Shown here: positions 26,884 to 35,968 of the stretch, piece by piece
How the letters are laid out: each line of letters starts with the position of its first letter
Numbering within the stretch: the stretch's first letter is position 1
Assembly (NCBI GenBank): GCA_039924845.1
Contig: JBDTAC010000041.1
Location: 728 to 64,727 of the forward strand
Length of the DNA: 64,000 bases
Source of the DNA: Bacteroidia bacterium
Lineage (GTDB): Bacteria > Bacteroidota > Bacteroidia > DATLTG01
Direction of reading: 5' to 3'
Notes under the pieces: generated by a model
The model's database searches: none
Told to the model about the DNA's origin: nothing
Seen by the model: only the letters and a program-made list of their open reading frames with translations
Made by a program: the position numbers and the translations under genes

Positions 26884-27177
26884 TGTAATGTTGGTCGCTA
26901 ATAAAATGTTGGTTGTAGGCATGCGCCTAAACTATAAATTTAAAACGCTGGTCGATTATACACGATGATAAAATGAAAGGCTTTTTAGAAGTGATAAAAT
27001 AATTGACAATGGAGAATTGAAATTGAAAAGAGCGCGTCATTTTGCATTTAATGCAAAAGCTGCACGAAGGAAATAATTTAGAATTCAAAAAAATAATTTT
27101 TCAACGTTAAATAATGTTAAGGCAATGAAGGGATCATTTTATTGATTAGTTTTGTCGCCGATTCTATTTCAAGTGTG

Positions 27178-27555
27178 ATGGATAAATTGAGTTTCGTTTT
27201 CAAAAAATATTTTTTCGTTTCTGTGATTATCTGTGCAGCAGCGCTTTTTACCTCCATTCAAACAAACGCGCATAACTCTTTTCGAAAAGAAAGTTTTTCT
27301 TGTATTCAATCCAATATCCACGAAAGTATTGGAGATTGCGGTTATGTACACATTTACGCGACCAACGATGCGCAGCAAGAAAATTACAATAATATTTGCA
27401 AGGCGTATCATTTAAACACGATTAATCTGCTTCAAAAAAATATTTTTTTGAGCATCAAAATTTCCTCTAATACTTGTTTCGTTTTTGTTGATACGACGCA
27501 TTTTCCCAAAAACACACAAAAACGAAACGTACTTTTTCGTACCTTTTTAATCTGA
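27178..27555 (+). CDS. Hypothetical exported protein upstream of the efflux operon
   Basis: The ATG at 27178 gives a signal-like N-terminus (the listed start at 27142 is TTG). No family was recognised. Confidence 0.3.
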   Translation: MDKLSFVFKKYFFVSVIICAAALFTSIQTNAHNSFRKESFSCIQSNIHESIGDCGYVHIYATNDAQQENYNNICKAYHLNTINLLQKNIFLSIKISSNTCFVFVDTTHFPKNTQKRNVLFRTFLI

Positions 27556-27664
27556 TTTTTTCTTCCAAATAGTTGCTTCTCGGCACATTCCAAATATCTT
27601 ACAAGTAAAGATATTTAAGTAAAAATTCCATTTTAAATTTTTTATTTTAATACGTTGTTTTTTT

Positions 27665-29050
27665 ATGATTCGTCAGAAAAAATATTTTCTCATTCCATTT
27701 TTGGGTTTGTTGTGCAGTGTTGCATTTTCGCAAACAGATAGCATTATTACGCTCAAACAAGCGCTCCAATTAGCTATAAAAAACTATCCTTTATTACAGG
27801 CAAAGGAGTATGAAGTAAAGGCAGCCGATGAAGAGTTAAAAGCGACACGCAGAGGCTATTTGCCGGCTTTGGGCGTTAGCGGACAACTTAGTTATGCGAC
27901 GGATAATTCCTTGCCAGGAACTTATTTTCCGATGGGCATTGTGCCTTCTACTTCAGCTGGAATTAGTGCGAAAGAAAATACAGAAGCTGCTTTTGGTTCG
28001 ATTGCTCTGGGTTATTTTGAATGGACACCCATACGTTTTGGAAAATACCGCGCAAAAATAAATGAATCGAAAGCAGAATTAATATATGCAAATGCAGACG
28101 ATGCGAACGAATTGTTTACCGATCAAGTAAATGTTGCCGGAGCTTATTTCAAATTATTGGCTCTTCAAAAAATCGTAGAAACAGATCAAAAAAATATTTT
28201 TCGGGCAGAGGAAATCAAACATATTATTGCTTCGTATGCCACCAATGGATTAAAACCAGGTGTAGATACTTCGTTTGCTAACTCCGAAATATCCAAAGCG
28301 AAAATTAATTTTTTAAACGATGAACAAATATCAGAAACGCAAAAAAATACATTGGCAAATTTGATGGGCATCGCCAATGTTAATTTTAAATTAGACAGCG
28401 TTTTTACACAGCATATTCCAATTGTTTCTGCGGATACTATTACTACGAATCTGGGAAATAATCCCTTGATTCAATTGTATAATTCAGAAGTAAAAATAAG
28501 CGAAGCACAATCGAAATACATTGCCAAAAGCTATTTTCCGAACATTTCTCTTTTAGGAATAACAGATGGGAGGGGTTCTGGAATCGGCTACAACGGCATT
28601 TACAACAATGCGTTTAGTGATGGCACAAAATTATCGCGCTACAACTATGCCTTGGGGATTTCGTGCACGTTTAATATTTTAGATTATCCGCGAATAAAAT
28701 CAGAAACCGAAGCACAAAAATTTCGCACGAAAGCTTTGCAGTCTGAGTTAAGCGCACAAAATGTAGAACTTAAAAATCAACTATTATTATCGTACAATAC
28801 CATACAATCTGCTCTGGAAGAGGCAAAGGAAGCACCTATTCAGTTTTCTGCAGCATCCGATGCGTACCGTCAAAAATTAGCGATGTACAATTCCGGATTA
28901 ACTTCTATTGCGGATGTTGCCCAAACCTTGTATAATCTGAATCGGGCAGAATCCGATCAAGCCATTGCCAACGAAAAGGTATGGGATGCCTTGTTGTACA
29001 TTGCTGCTACCAAAGGTGATTTAACCATTCTATTCAATAACATTAAATAA
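27665..29050 (+). CDS. TolC-family outer-membrane efflux protein
   Basis: It has a signal peptide, two-fold repeated coiled-coil/beta architecture, and is first in the operon with the RND pump. Confidence 0.8.
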   Translation: MIRQKKYFLIPFLGLLCSVAFSQTDSIITLKQALQLAIKNYPLLQAKEYEVKAADEELKATRRGYLPALGVSGQLSYATDNSLPGTYFPMGIVPSTSAGISAKENTEAAFGSIALGYFEWTPIRFGKYRAKINESKAELIYANADDANELFTDQVNVAGAYFKLLALQKIVETDQKNIFRAEEIKHIIASYATNGLKPGVDTSFANSEISKAKINFLNDEQISETQKNTLANLMGIANVNFKLDSVFTQHIPIVSADTITTNLGNNPLIQLYNSEVKISEAQSKYIAKSYFPNISLLGITDGRGSGIGYNGIYNNAFSDGTKLSRYNYALGISCTFNILDYPRIKSETEAQKFRTKALQSELSAQNVELKNQLLLSYNTIQSALEEAKEAPIQFSAASDAYRQKLAMYNSGLTSIADVAQTLYNLNRAESDQAIANEKVWDALLYIAATKGDLTILFNNIK

Positions 29051-29056
29051 AAAGAG

Positions 29057-32000
29057 ATGATAAAATTTGCGCTCCGAAAACCCATTGCGGTGATTGTAAT
29101 TATTGCAGGATTGGTATTCTTTTCTTTTTTAGCAGCTCAAAAAATTGCGATAGATATCTTTCCGGCGATTGATTTACCGACTATTTATGTTTCGCAACCT
29201 TACGGGGGAATGTCGCCACAACAAATGGAAGCATTGATTTCCACGCGATACGAAGACCATTTTTTGTATGTATCCGGTATCAAAAGCATTGAAGTAAAAA
29301 ACATACAAGGTGCTGCTTTGGTAAAATTATCTTTTTACGAAGGTACAGATATGGCGCAGGCTGCTGGAGAAGTGGCGAATCAAGTTACACGCTCCAAAGC
29401 ATTTATGCCACCCGGAACTGTTCCGCCTATTGTGATGCGCTTCGATGCCAGTTCATTGCCTGTAGGCGAATTGGTGTTTAATGCGCCACATCGCACCTTA
29501 AACGAATTGCAAGAATTTGCTGGACGGATTGTGCGCCCGATGTTCTCCGCAATTCCGGGCGTATCGTCGCCTCCACCCATTGGAGGAAGTTCCAGAACGA
29601 TTGTGGTTACTATAAATCCTGAATTGTTGAGGAGTTATAATTTAACTCCGGATGAAGTTGTGAAAGCCATCGCGATGAGCAATCAAATAGCCGCTGCCGG
29701 CGATGTAAATATCGGCAATACAACTTTTATGACTCCTGCCAATACCTTGGTAAAAGAGCCATCCGAATTATTGGATTTACCAATAAAAATGGGAACAGGA
29801 CCAACAGTTTTTCTAAAAGACATTGCTTCTGTTGAAGATGCGGGAGATGTAACAACTGGTTATGCACTTGTAAACGGAAGAAGAGCAGTTTTTATTCCTG
29901 TGCTAAAACGGGCAGAAGCTTCTACTTGGGATGTAGTGCAACGTGTAAAAAAGACGATGCCGCAAATGCAAGCTCAGCTTCCCAGTGATGTAAAAATATC
30001 CTACGAATTTGACCAATCTGTTTATGTGATTAATTCGGTAAAAAGTTTGATGACAGAGGGAATCACTGGCGCTATTCTAACGGGATTAATGGTGTTATTG
30101 TTTTTAGGAGATGCTCGTAGTGCGCTAATTGTCATTTTGACGATTCCAGTTTCCATTATGGTGGCTATTTTAATGCTGATGTTGTGTCATCAAACCATCA
30201 ATATTATGACTTTGAGCGGATTGGCATTAGCCATCGGCGTTTTAGTAGATCAGGCAACAGTGGCGATAGAAAACATTCATCAGCATTTGGAGATGGGGAA
30301 ACCAAAGGCAAAAGCTATTTTGGAAGCCAGCCGCGAAATGTCCTTTCCTCTGTTATTGATTTTATTGTGCGTATTGGCTGTTTTTGCTCCTTCTTTTATT
30401 ATGACAGGAGTTCCAAAATCGCTGTTTACGCCTTTATCCTTATCTGTTGGATTTGCAATGATTGTGTCGTATTTACTTTCTCAAACATTCGTTCCGATAA
30501 TGGCGAATTGGATTTTGAAAACTGATAAATTTAAGCACCATGAGCATACTACTTTGGCGATGGATAAGCGCGAAATAAAAGATACTGCTGCGGATGAATA
30601 CAGAATTGAACACGCATCCGAAAAAAAGCTTTCTCGCTTTGATAAATTCAAGAAAAGAATTATCAACGTTCTTCATCAACTATTGAAAAGTAAAAAGAGA
30701 GTGATTACTATTTACATGTTGGGCGTTATCGGGTTAGTGGTCGTTTTAGCTTCGGTAATAGGAAGAGATATTTTACCGAAAGTAAATTCAGGTCAATTTC
30801 AACTACGCTTGAGAGAGCCAGACGGCACACGTTTTGAACGCACAGAAGAAAAATATTTGCAAGTCATCGACATCATCAAACAAACCGTAGGCGAAAAAAA
30901 TGTTTCTATAACGTCCGGTTTTGTGGGTTCACAGCCAGCCACGTATGCCGTAAATAATATTTTTATGTTCAGCAGTGGTCCGCAAGAAGCCATGATGCAA
31001 GTGAATTTGAACAGAGATTATTTGAAAGAATATCCGCAGTACAAAGACATGGATGATTTAAAAGAAAAACTTCGGCAAGAAATACACGCAAAAATGCCTG
31101 AAATGAAGGTTTCCTTTGAGCCCATCGAATTGGTGGATAAAGTAATGAGCGAAGGCTCGCCAACGCCCGTAGAAATTATTGTATCTGGAAAAAATTTAAA
31201 CCAAGGCGAAGTATATGCAGATACTGTGATGTCGCATCTTCGAAAAATTAATTTTTTGAGAGATGTTCAAATAGCCGAACCGCTTAAATACCCAACCATT
31301 AGTATACATATTGATAGAGTAAGAGCAGCTCAGTTTGGATTAAACATCAGCGATGTAACACGATCCTTGGTAGCAGCTACTTCCTCCAGTCGATATACAG
31401 ATAAAATCTTTTGGATGGATCAAAAAATAGGGATGGGCTATCAAGTGGAGGTGGAGGTACCTCATCCTGATATGAACAGTATGTCGGATATGGAAAATAT
31501 TCCTTTGATGGCTGGTAAAATTCGTCCGCTTTTGCGAGATGTAGCAACATTGCAATACGATACGATACCCGGCGAAATTGATCGCATTGACGGCAAAAGA
31601 GTGGTTACAATTACTGCCAATATCTATAAAAAAGATTTGGGAAGAACAGTTGCGGCAGTAAATAAAGCTATTGCAGAATCCGGTCAATTGCCACGAGGAT
31701 TAACCGTAGAACAAAGTGGATTAACGAAATTGTTAAGTGAAATTTTAGGCAGTTTACAATCTGGTTTATTGTTAGCAGTGTTAGTTATTTTCTTGTTGCT
31801 TGCTGCCAATTATCAATCGTTTAAACTTTCCTTAATCATTTTGTCGGCTGTTCCTGCTGTAATTGCAGGCTCATTAATTGCATTATTGCTTACAGGTTCC
31901 ACACTTAATTTGCAATCCTATATGGGAATTATTATGTCGATTGGTGTGTCCGTCGCGAATGCGATTTTATTGGTTACCAATTCGGAAAGTGTGCGATTGG

Positions 32001-32317
32001 ATTGCGGAGATGCGGAAAAAGGAGCTATTGCGGGAGCCAACGCAAGGATTCGTCCGATATTAATGACGACCCTTGCCATGACAGTCGGAATGTTGCCGAT
32101 GGCAGCTGGGATGGGCGATGCCGGTGAACAAAGTGCGCCGCTTGGAAGAGCCGTTATTGGTGGTTTGATTGCTTCTACATTGGCGGTAATCTTTATTCTA
32201 CCGATTGTATTTGCTCAAATACAAAACAAAACCACTTTGCAATCTGTTTCCTTGGATCCAGAAGATCCGGAAAGTAATTTCTATAAAGAGCATAAAAAAA
32301 CGTCATCGAAAAAATAA
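29057..32317 (+). CDS. RND-family efflux permease (AcrB/CzcA-like)
   Basis: This 1086-aa protein has a 12-TM layout with two large periplasmic loops and conserved TM4 and TM10-like segments. Confidence 0.9.
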   Translation: MIKFALRKPIAVIVIIAGLVFFSFLAAQKIAIDIFPAIDLPTIYVSQPYGGMSPQQMEALISTRYEDHFLYVSGIKSIEVKNIQGAALVKLSFYEGTDMAQAAGEVANQVTRSKAFMPPGTVPPIVMRFDASSLPVGELVFNAPHRTLNELQEFAGRIVRPMFSAIPGVSSPPPIGGSSRTIVVTINPELLRSYNLTPDEVVKAIAMSNQIAAAGDVNIGNTTFMTPANTLVKEPSELLDLPIKMGTGPTVFLKDIASVEDAGDVTTGYALVNGRRAVFIPVLKRAEASTWDVVQRVKKTMPQMQAQLPSDVKISYEFDQSVYVINSVKSLMTEGITGAILTGLMVLLFLGDARSALIVILTIPVSIMVAILMLMLCHQTINIMTLSGLALAIGVLVDQATVAIENIHQHLEMGKPKAKAILEASREMSFPLLLILLCVLAVFAPSFIMTGVPKSLFTPLSLSVGFAMIVSYLLSQTFVPIMANWILKTDKFKHHEHTTLAMDKREIKDTAADEYRIEHASEKKLSRFDKFKKRIINVLHQLLKSKKRVITIYMLGVIGLVVVLASVIGRDILPKVNSGQFQLRLREPDGTRFERTEEKYLQVIDIIKQTVGEKNVSITSGFVGSQPATYAVNNIFMFSSGPQEAMMQVNLNRDYLKEYPQYKDMDDLKEKLRQEIHAKMPEMKVSFEPIELVDKVMSEGSPTPVEIIVSGKNLNQGEVYADTVMSHLRKINFLRDVQIAEPLKYPTISIHIDRVRAAQFGLNISDVTRSLVAATSSSRYTDKIFWMDQKIGMGYQVEVEVPHPDMNSMSDMENIPLMAGKIRPLLRDVATLQYDTIPGEIDRIDGKRVVTITANIYKKDLGRTVAAVNKAIAESGQLPRGLTVEQSGLTKLLSEILGSLQSGLLLAVLVIFLLLAANYQSFKLSLIILSAVPAVIAGSLIALLLTGSTLNLQSYMGIIMSIGVSVANAILLVTNSESVRLDCGDAEKGAIAGANARIRPILMTTLAMTVGMLPMAAGMGDAGEQSAPLGRAVIGGLIASTLAVIFILPIVFAQIQNKTTLQSVSLDPEDPESNFYKEHKKTSSKK

Positions 32318-32323
32318 TTTTTT
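32308..32323. repeat. A-tract/T-tract palindrome (GAAAAAATAATTTTTT), representative copy
   Basis: The central TAA is the stop codon of the RND pump gene. The adaptor gene ATG follows 2 nt after the motif. Confidence 0.9.
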
Positions 32324-32325
32324 AA

Positions 32326-33456
32326 ATGAATCTTAATCTTCAAAAAATGAAAAACAAAATCATCTTATCGGCACTCTCAATCATTGTGGCAAGCGTTGCC
32401 TTTACAGGATGCGATAGCTCCAATGGAAATACGGCTAACTCTGCTGCTACTACCGATAAAAAAGCTTCTCCGCAAATCCTTACTTGTTCTCCCACCTTAT
32501 CAGATATGGCGAAATCAATTACTTTACCGGGAGAATTAAAGGCATTTAACCAAGTAGATATTTATGCCAAAGAAAGTGGATTCGTTAAACAAGTGCTGGT
32601 GGATAGAGGCTCTGTAGTGAAGAAAGGCGATTTGCTGGCGGTATTAGATGCCCCCGAATTAGCAGCACAAATGGCAGAAGCCGAATCGAAATTAAATGCA
32701 GAACAAGCTATTTATATCGCCAGTAAATCCAATTACAAACGCTTGTTCGAAACCAGCCAAATAAAAGGAACTGTATCTGTCAATGATTTGGAGCAAATGA
32801 AATCGAAAATGATAGCAGATAGCGCGATGGTTGTTTCAGCCAAATCGGCGTATCAATCCTTGTCGGATATTCAAAATTATTTAAACGTAACGGCTCCTTT
32901 TGATGGAATTATTACGGAACGAAATATTTCGCCTGGAGCTTTAGTAGGCGTTTCTCGAAAAAACAATACGTTGCCGATGTTTAGCTTAAAGCAAGAAAAC
33001 AAATTGCGTTTGGTGGTAGCTGTTCCCGAAATTTATGCAAGCAGTATTCCTGATAAACAAAATGTTTTTTTTAGTGTGGATGCCTTTCCGGGGAAGAAAT
33101 TTATAGCGGTATTGGCTCGGAAAGCAGATGCCATCACACAAGATATCCGTTCAGAAATGATTGAGTTTGATGTGGACAATTCTAATTTCATTTTAGAATC
33201 TGGCATGTATGCCGAATTGAATTTGCAAATTCAACGTGCCGATTCCAGTCTTTTTGTTCCTAAGTCTGCTGTGGTTACTTCTACCGAAAGAGTTTTTGTT
33301 ATTCAAGAAGATGAAAATGGAAAGGCAAAATGGGTAGATGTAAAAAAAGGAAACGAATCTGGCGATAAAGTAGAAATATGGGGAAATGTAAAACCTGCTG
33401 ATGTATTGGTTTTAAATGCTTCCGATCAATTGCGTGAAGGACAAGAAATAAAATAA
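32326..33456 (+). CDS. RND efflux periplasmic adaptor (membrane-fusion) lipoprotein
   Basis: It has the lipobox AFTGC, a lipoyl-like hairpin (GDLLAVLDAPEL ... VTAPFDGIITERNISPGALVG) and a beta-barrel C-terminus. Confidence 0.85.
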   Translation: MNLNLQKMKNKIILSALSIIVASVAFTGCDSSNGNTANSAATTDKKASPQILTCSPTLSDMAKSITLPGELKAFNQVDIYAKESGFVKQVLVDRGSVVKKGDLLAVLDAPELAAQMAEAESKLNAEQAIYIASKSNYKRLFETSQIKGTVSVNDLEQMKSKMIADSAMVVSAKSAYQSLSDIQNYLNVTAPFDGIITERNISPGALVGVSRKNNTLPMFSLKQENKLRLVVAVPEIYASSIPDKQNVFFSVDAFPGKKFIAVLARKADAITQDIRSEMIEFDVDNSNFILESGMYAELNLQIQRADSSLFVPKSAVVTSTERVFVIQEDENGKAKWVDVKKGNESGDKVEIWGNVKPADVLVLNASDQLREGQEIK

Positions 33457-33705
33457 ATTTCCCTTCGCGCAGATTCTGCATTCATAATTGTTTTTTGCTT
33501 TTTCTTTTGCCTTGAAGCAACAGAAACAAAAATTCAAGGCTTGGGTTCCTCCTTTCATTTTGCTAAAATCGTATTCGAAATCCAATGCCGAATCAAGTTC
33601 GGAATGACGGGCTTTTTCTTTATTGTTTTTTAATCGGTACATCTGCACATTTTCAAATCTTCAAATCAACTTTCAATTCTGCATTCTTAATTCTGCATTC
33701 TGCAT

Positions 33706-34887
33706 TTATTTAATCACTTCAAGGAACCCTTTCTTCACTTCCTTATTTGGTAAAGTTAATAGGTAATAATACGTTCCTGCATTTACTTCATCCGCTTTCC
33801 AATTGTTTTGATAATTGAGACTTTGGTAAACGTTATTACCCCAACGGTTATAAATAGTAAGCTCGCTGTTATCGGGTAAGTTCTCTATCACAAAATAATC
33901 GTTTTTGCCATCGTTGTTGGGTGTAATTACATTGGGTATTTGCAAGGTAGGCGGCGGACAAACGGTAACAGTTACCGTATCGGTGCTGCTGCAACCAGCG
34001 CTATCTTGCACACTTAAGTAATACGTTGTAGTTTGTGCAGGTTTTGCCCAAGGCTGTGCGCTGGTATTATTACTTAAACCTGTTGTGGGGTACCAATTAT
34101 AGGTAAAACCTTGCAAGACGGCTTTGCCCAATTGTACGCTATCTCCTTTGCAAATACTGCCACCCAAGCCTGCTGCACTATCGGGCAGCTCTATTACCGA
34201 AACATCATCGATGTAGTAAATTGCGCCGCCACCATTTAAGGTATCTCTAATATCTTCAAAGTGCAACTGGGCATTGTTATACACAAAGGTGCCGAGTGTG
34301 ATGTATTTTTCTCCTCCTTTTGCGGTAAAACTGCCCGATACGGGCATCCATTTGAGCGTATCGTTTAAATAATTAGTTACCGGATTATTCACTTGCGGCT
34401 GGAAGGAAAATGGGTAATTATTGTCATTGGTAATAGCTGTATCCGAAAAATAAGCTCCCATATCACTGATGGCGTAAGCATCATTGGCTAAATTCACAAA
34501 AAAGCGTACGCAGTATCTCTTCCCTTTTTGCAGCGGTTTTACCAAGGGTGTTTCCATGTATTCTCTCGCATTTGGAGGGGCTACCGACCATGCATAGCAC
34601 CTAATCAATGTATATGCATCTCCTGTTCTTGGATATTGAAAGCCAGCAATACTAAGCGGTACTCCTCCTCCTCCTCCCTGGGGTGCACAAGTATGATAAT
34701 ATTTATCATATTCATCACCGAAAAGAATAGAACAAAACCATGGGCTTTGACAGCTTATTTGCCCAATGTTTGGGCAACAGGTATGGTATTCAAAACTCGG
34801 ATTGGGTACGAGGTTTTGCACTTGAGCTTTTGTTGTAAAAGCCAAGAGGCAAAGCGAAAAAAGGAATAGAAAGAATGTTTTTTTCAT
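33706..34887 (-). CDS. T9SS type-B C-terminal-domain (gliding-motility-associated CTD) secreted protein
   Basis: It has a signal peptide. The C-terminus PNVITPNNDGKNDYFVIENL...LTIYNRWGNNVY...AGTYYYLL matches the CHU_C/TIGR04131-type pattern. Confidence 0.75.
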   Translation of the reverse strand: MKKTFFLFLFSLCLLAFTTKAQVQNLVPNPSFEYHTCCPNIGQISCQSPWFCSILFGDEYDKYYHTCAPQGGGGGVPLSIAGFQYPRTGDAYTLIRCYAWSVAPPNAREYMETPLVKPLQKGKRYCVRFFVNLANDAYAISDMGAYFSDTAITNDNNYPFSFQPQVNNPVTNYLNDTLKWMPVSGSFTAKGGEKYITLGTFVYNNAQLHFEDIRDTLNGGGAIYYIDDVSVIELPDSAAGLGGSICKGDSVQLGKAVLQGFTYNWYPTTGLSNNTSAQPWAKPAQTTTYYLSVQDSAGCSSTDTVTVTVCPPPTLQIPNVITPNNDGKNDYFVIENLPDNSELTIYNRWGNNVYQSLNYQNNWKADEVNAGTYYYLLTLPNKEVKKGFLEVIK

Positions 34888-35034
34888 CTGTTAGTTCAAA
34901 TCAAAGATACAGTTTTTCCTATGGTCTTAAATAAACTTCAACAGAATTTTCTGCGGAGGAGAAGTGAGTACTTTTAAAACGGAATTGCCTTGTTAAACAA
35001 GCGTCCTGAGAGGATAATAGCATTTATTAATGAG

Positions 35035-35307
35035 CTGTGAGTATCTTAGTCGCAGCTGTGAGTGTCTCAGTATGAACTGTGAGTGAGGCAGTATGAACTG
35101 TGAGTGTCTCAGTCTAAGCTGTGAGTATGACACTCAGAACTCTGACTAAGGTAGTATGAACTGAGAGTATCTCAGTATGAGCTGTGAGTGAGACACTCAG
35201 AACTCCGACTAAGGCAGTATGAGTTGCGACTAAGAAAGTATAAGCTGTGAGTAGGGCACTCGCAGTTCATTATTTGTTGGTATGAGTTGATACATAGCAA
35301 GAATGAA
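35035..35307. repeat. Non-coding array of 13 units in exact 21-nt register (CTGTGAGT-N-CAGTATGAR types)
   Basis: Unit starts were read at 35035, 35056, 35077 and so on to 35287. Stops occur in all plus frames, and no ORF of 60 aa or more is present. Confidence 0.9.
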
Positions 35308-35418
35308 CTGATACCATTTATTTATTAGTTCTTTTTTAGTAAATTTTAACACATGCTAAACAATAATGAGTTAATACTTGACGTTGTTAAACACGTTTAA
35401 CCCTAAAAACAAAAGAAG

Positions 35419-35835
35419 ATGTCGAAAAGAACCGTAAGTGTAACCCTCCCGCACAGACAGCCGGAAGAGTTATTGCGTCTTGCTCAACGCATCATGGAAA
35501 AGAGCGCAACAAATGAGGAAGTAAGTCCGATTGCCCAATCCGATTTGGCAGAATTGGAATTGCTTGCCACCGAAGCCGAAACCAATCGCACCCGCAGCAT
35601 ACACTTACGCGAAGAAAGCGAAAAGGATATGCAAGCAGCGCGCATCGCTTTGGGTATCGAGAAGGGGCAAACAGCCAGTAATCCGAACACCCTTACGTAT
35701 TTAGTTTCTAAAATGCGGGATGTTTTGCTCGCTCATTATCGCGGTAAAGAGGAACAGCTGAGTGAGTACGGCTTTAAGGTAGTAACCAATTCCTTTTCGC
35801 CAAAAGGCAGAAGCATTAAGATTGTGAAAGAATAA
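35419..35835 (+). CDS. Hypothetical protein (no family recognised)
   Basis: This 138-aa ORF has an ATG start, visibly higher G+C than its neighbours, and a strong terminator immediately after it. Confidence 0.55.
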   Translation: MSKRTVSVTLPHRQPEELLRLAQRIMEKSATNEEVSPIAQSDLAELELLATEAETNRTRSIHLREESEKDMQAARIALGIEKGQTASNPNTLTYLVSKMRDVLLAHYRGKEEQLSEYGFKVVTNSFSPKGRSIKIVKE

Positions 35836-35853
35836 ATTCCATTTAATTTTCAG

Positions 35854-35885
35854 AAAACCACACCAAATATTGGTGTGGTTTTTTG
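35854..35885 (+). terminator. Rho-independent terminator
   Basis: AACCACACCA / TGGTGTGGTT form a 10-bp stem with a 5-nt loop, followed by a T-run. Confidence 0.85.
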
Positions 35886-35968
35886 TTAGTATGAAATAGT
35901 TTTTTAGTCTATTTTATAAAATATTTCTTTGAGAATATATCTTCTTCAGAAGTTTTAAATAAACAAAC

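Noticed and set aside
33412-33648. 78-aa minus-strand ORF after the efflux operon.
   Set aside because: It spans hairpins and short dispersed-repeat-like sequence (it translates as ...HSELDSALD...). It has no start context and is likely a repeat-derived artefact.
35035-35307. Possible degenerate CRISPR array or decayed coding repeat.
   Set aside because: The units are contiguous at 21 nt without unique spacers. Stops occur in every plus frame and no long minus-strand ORF exists. It is treated as a non-coding periodic array.
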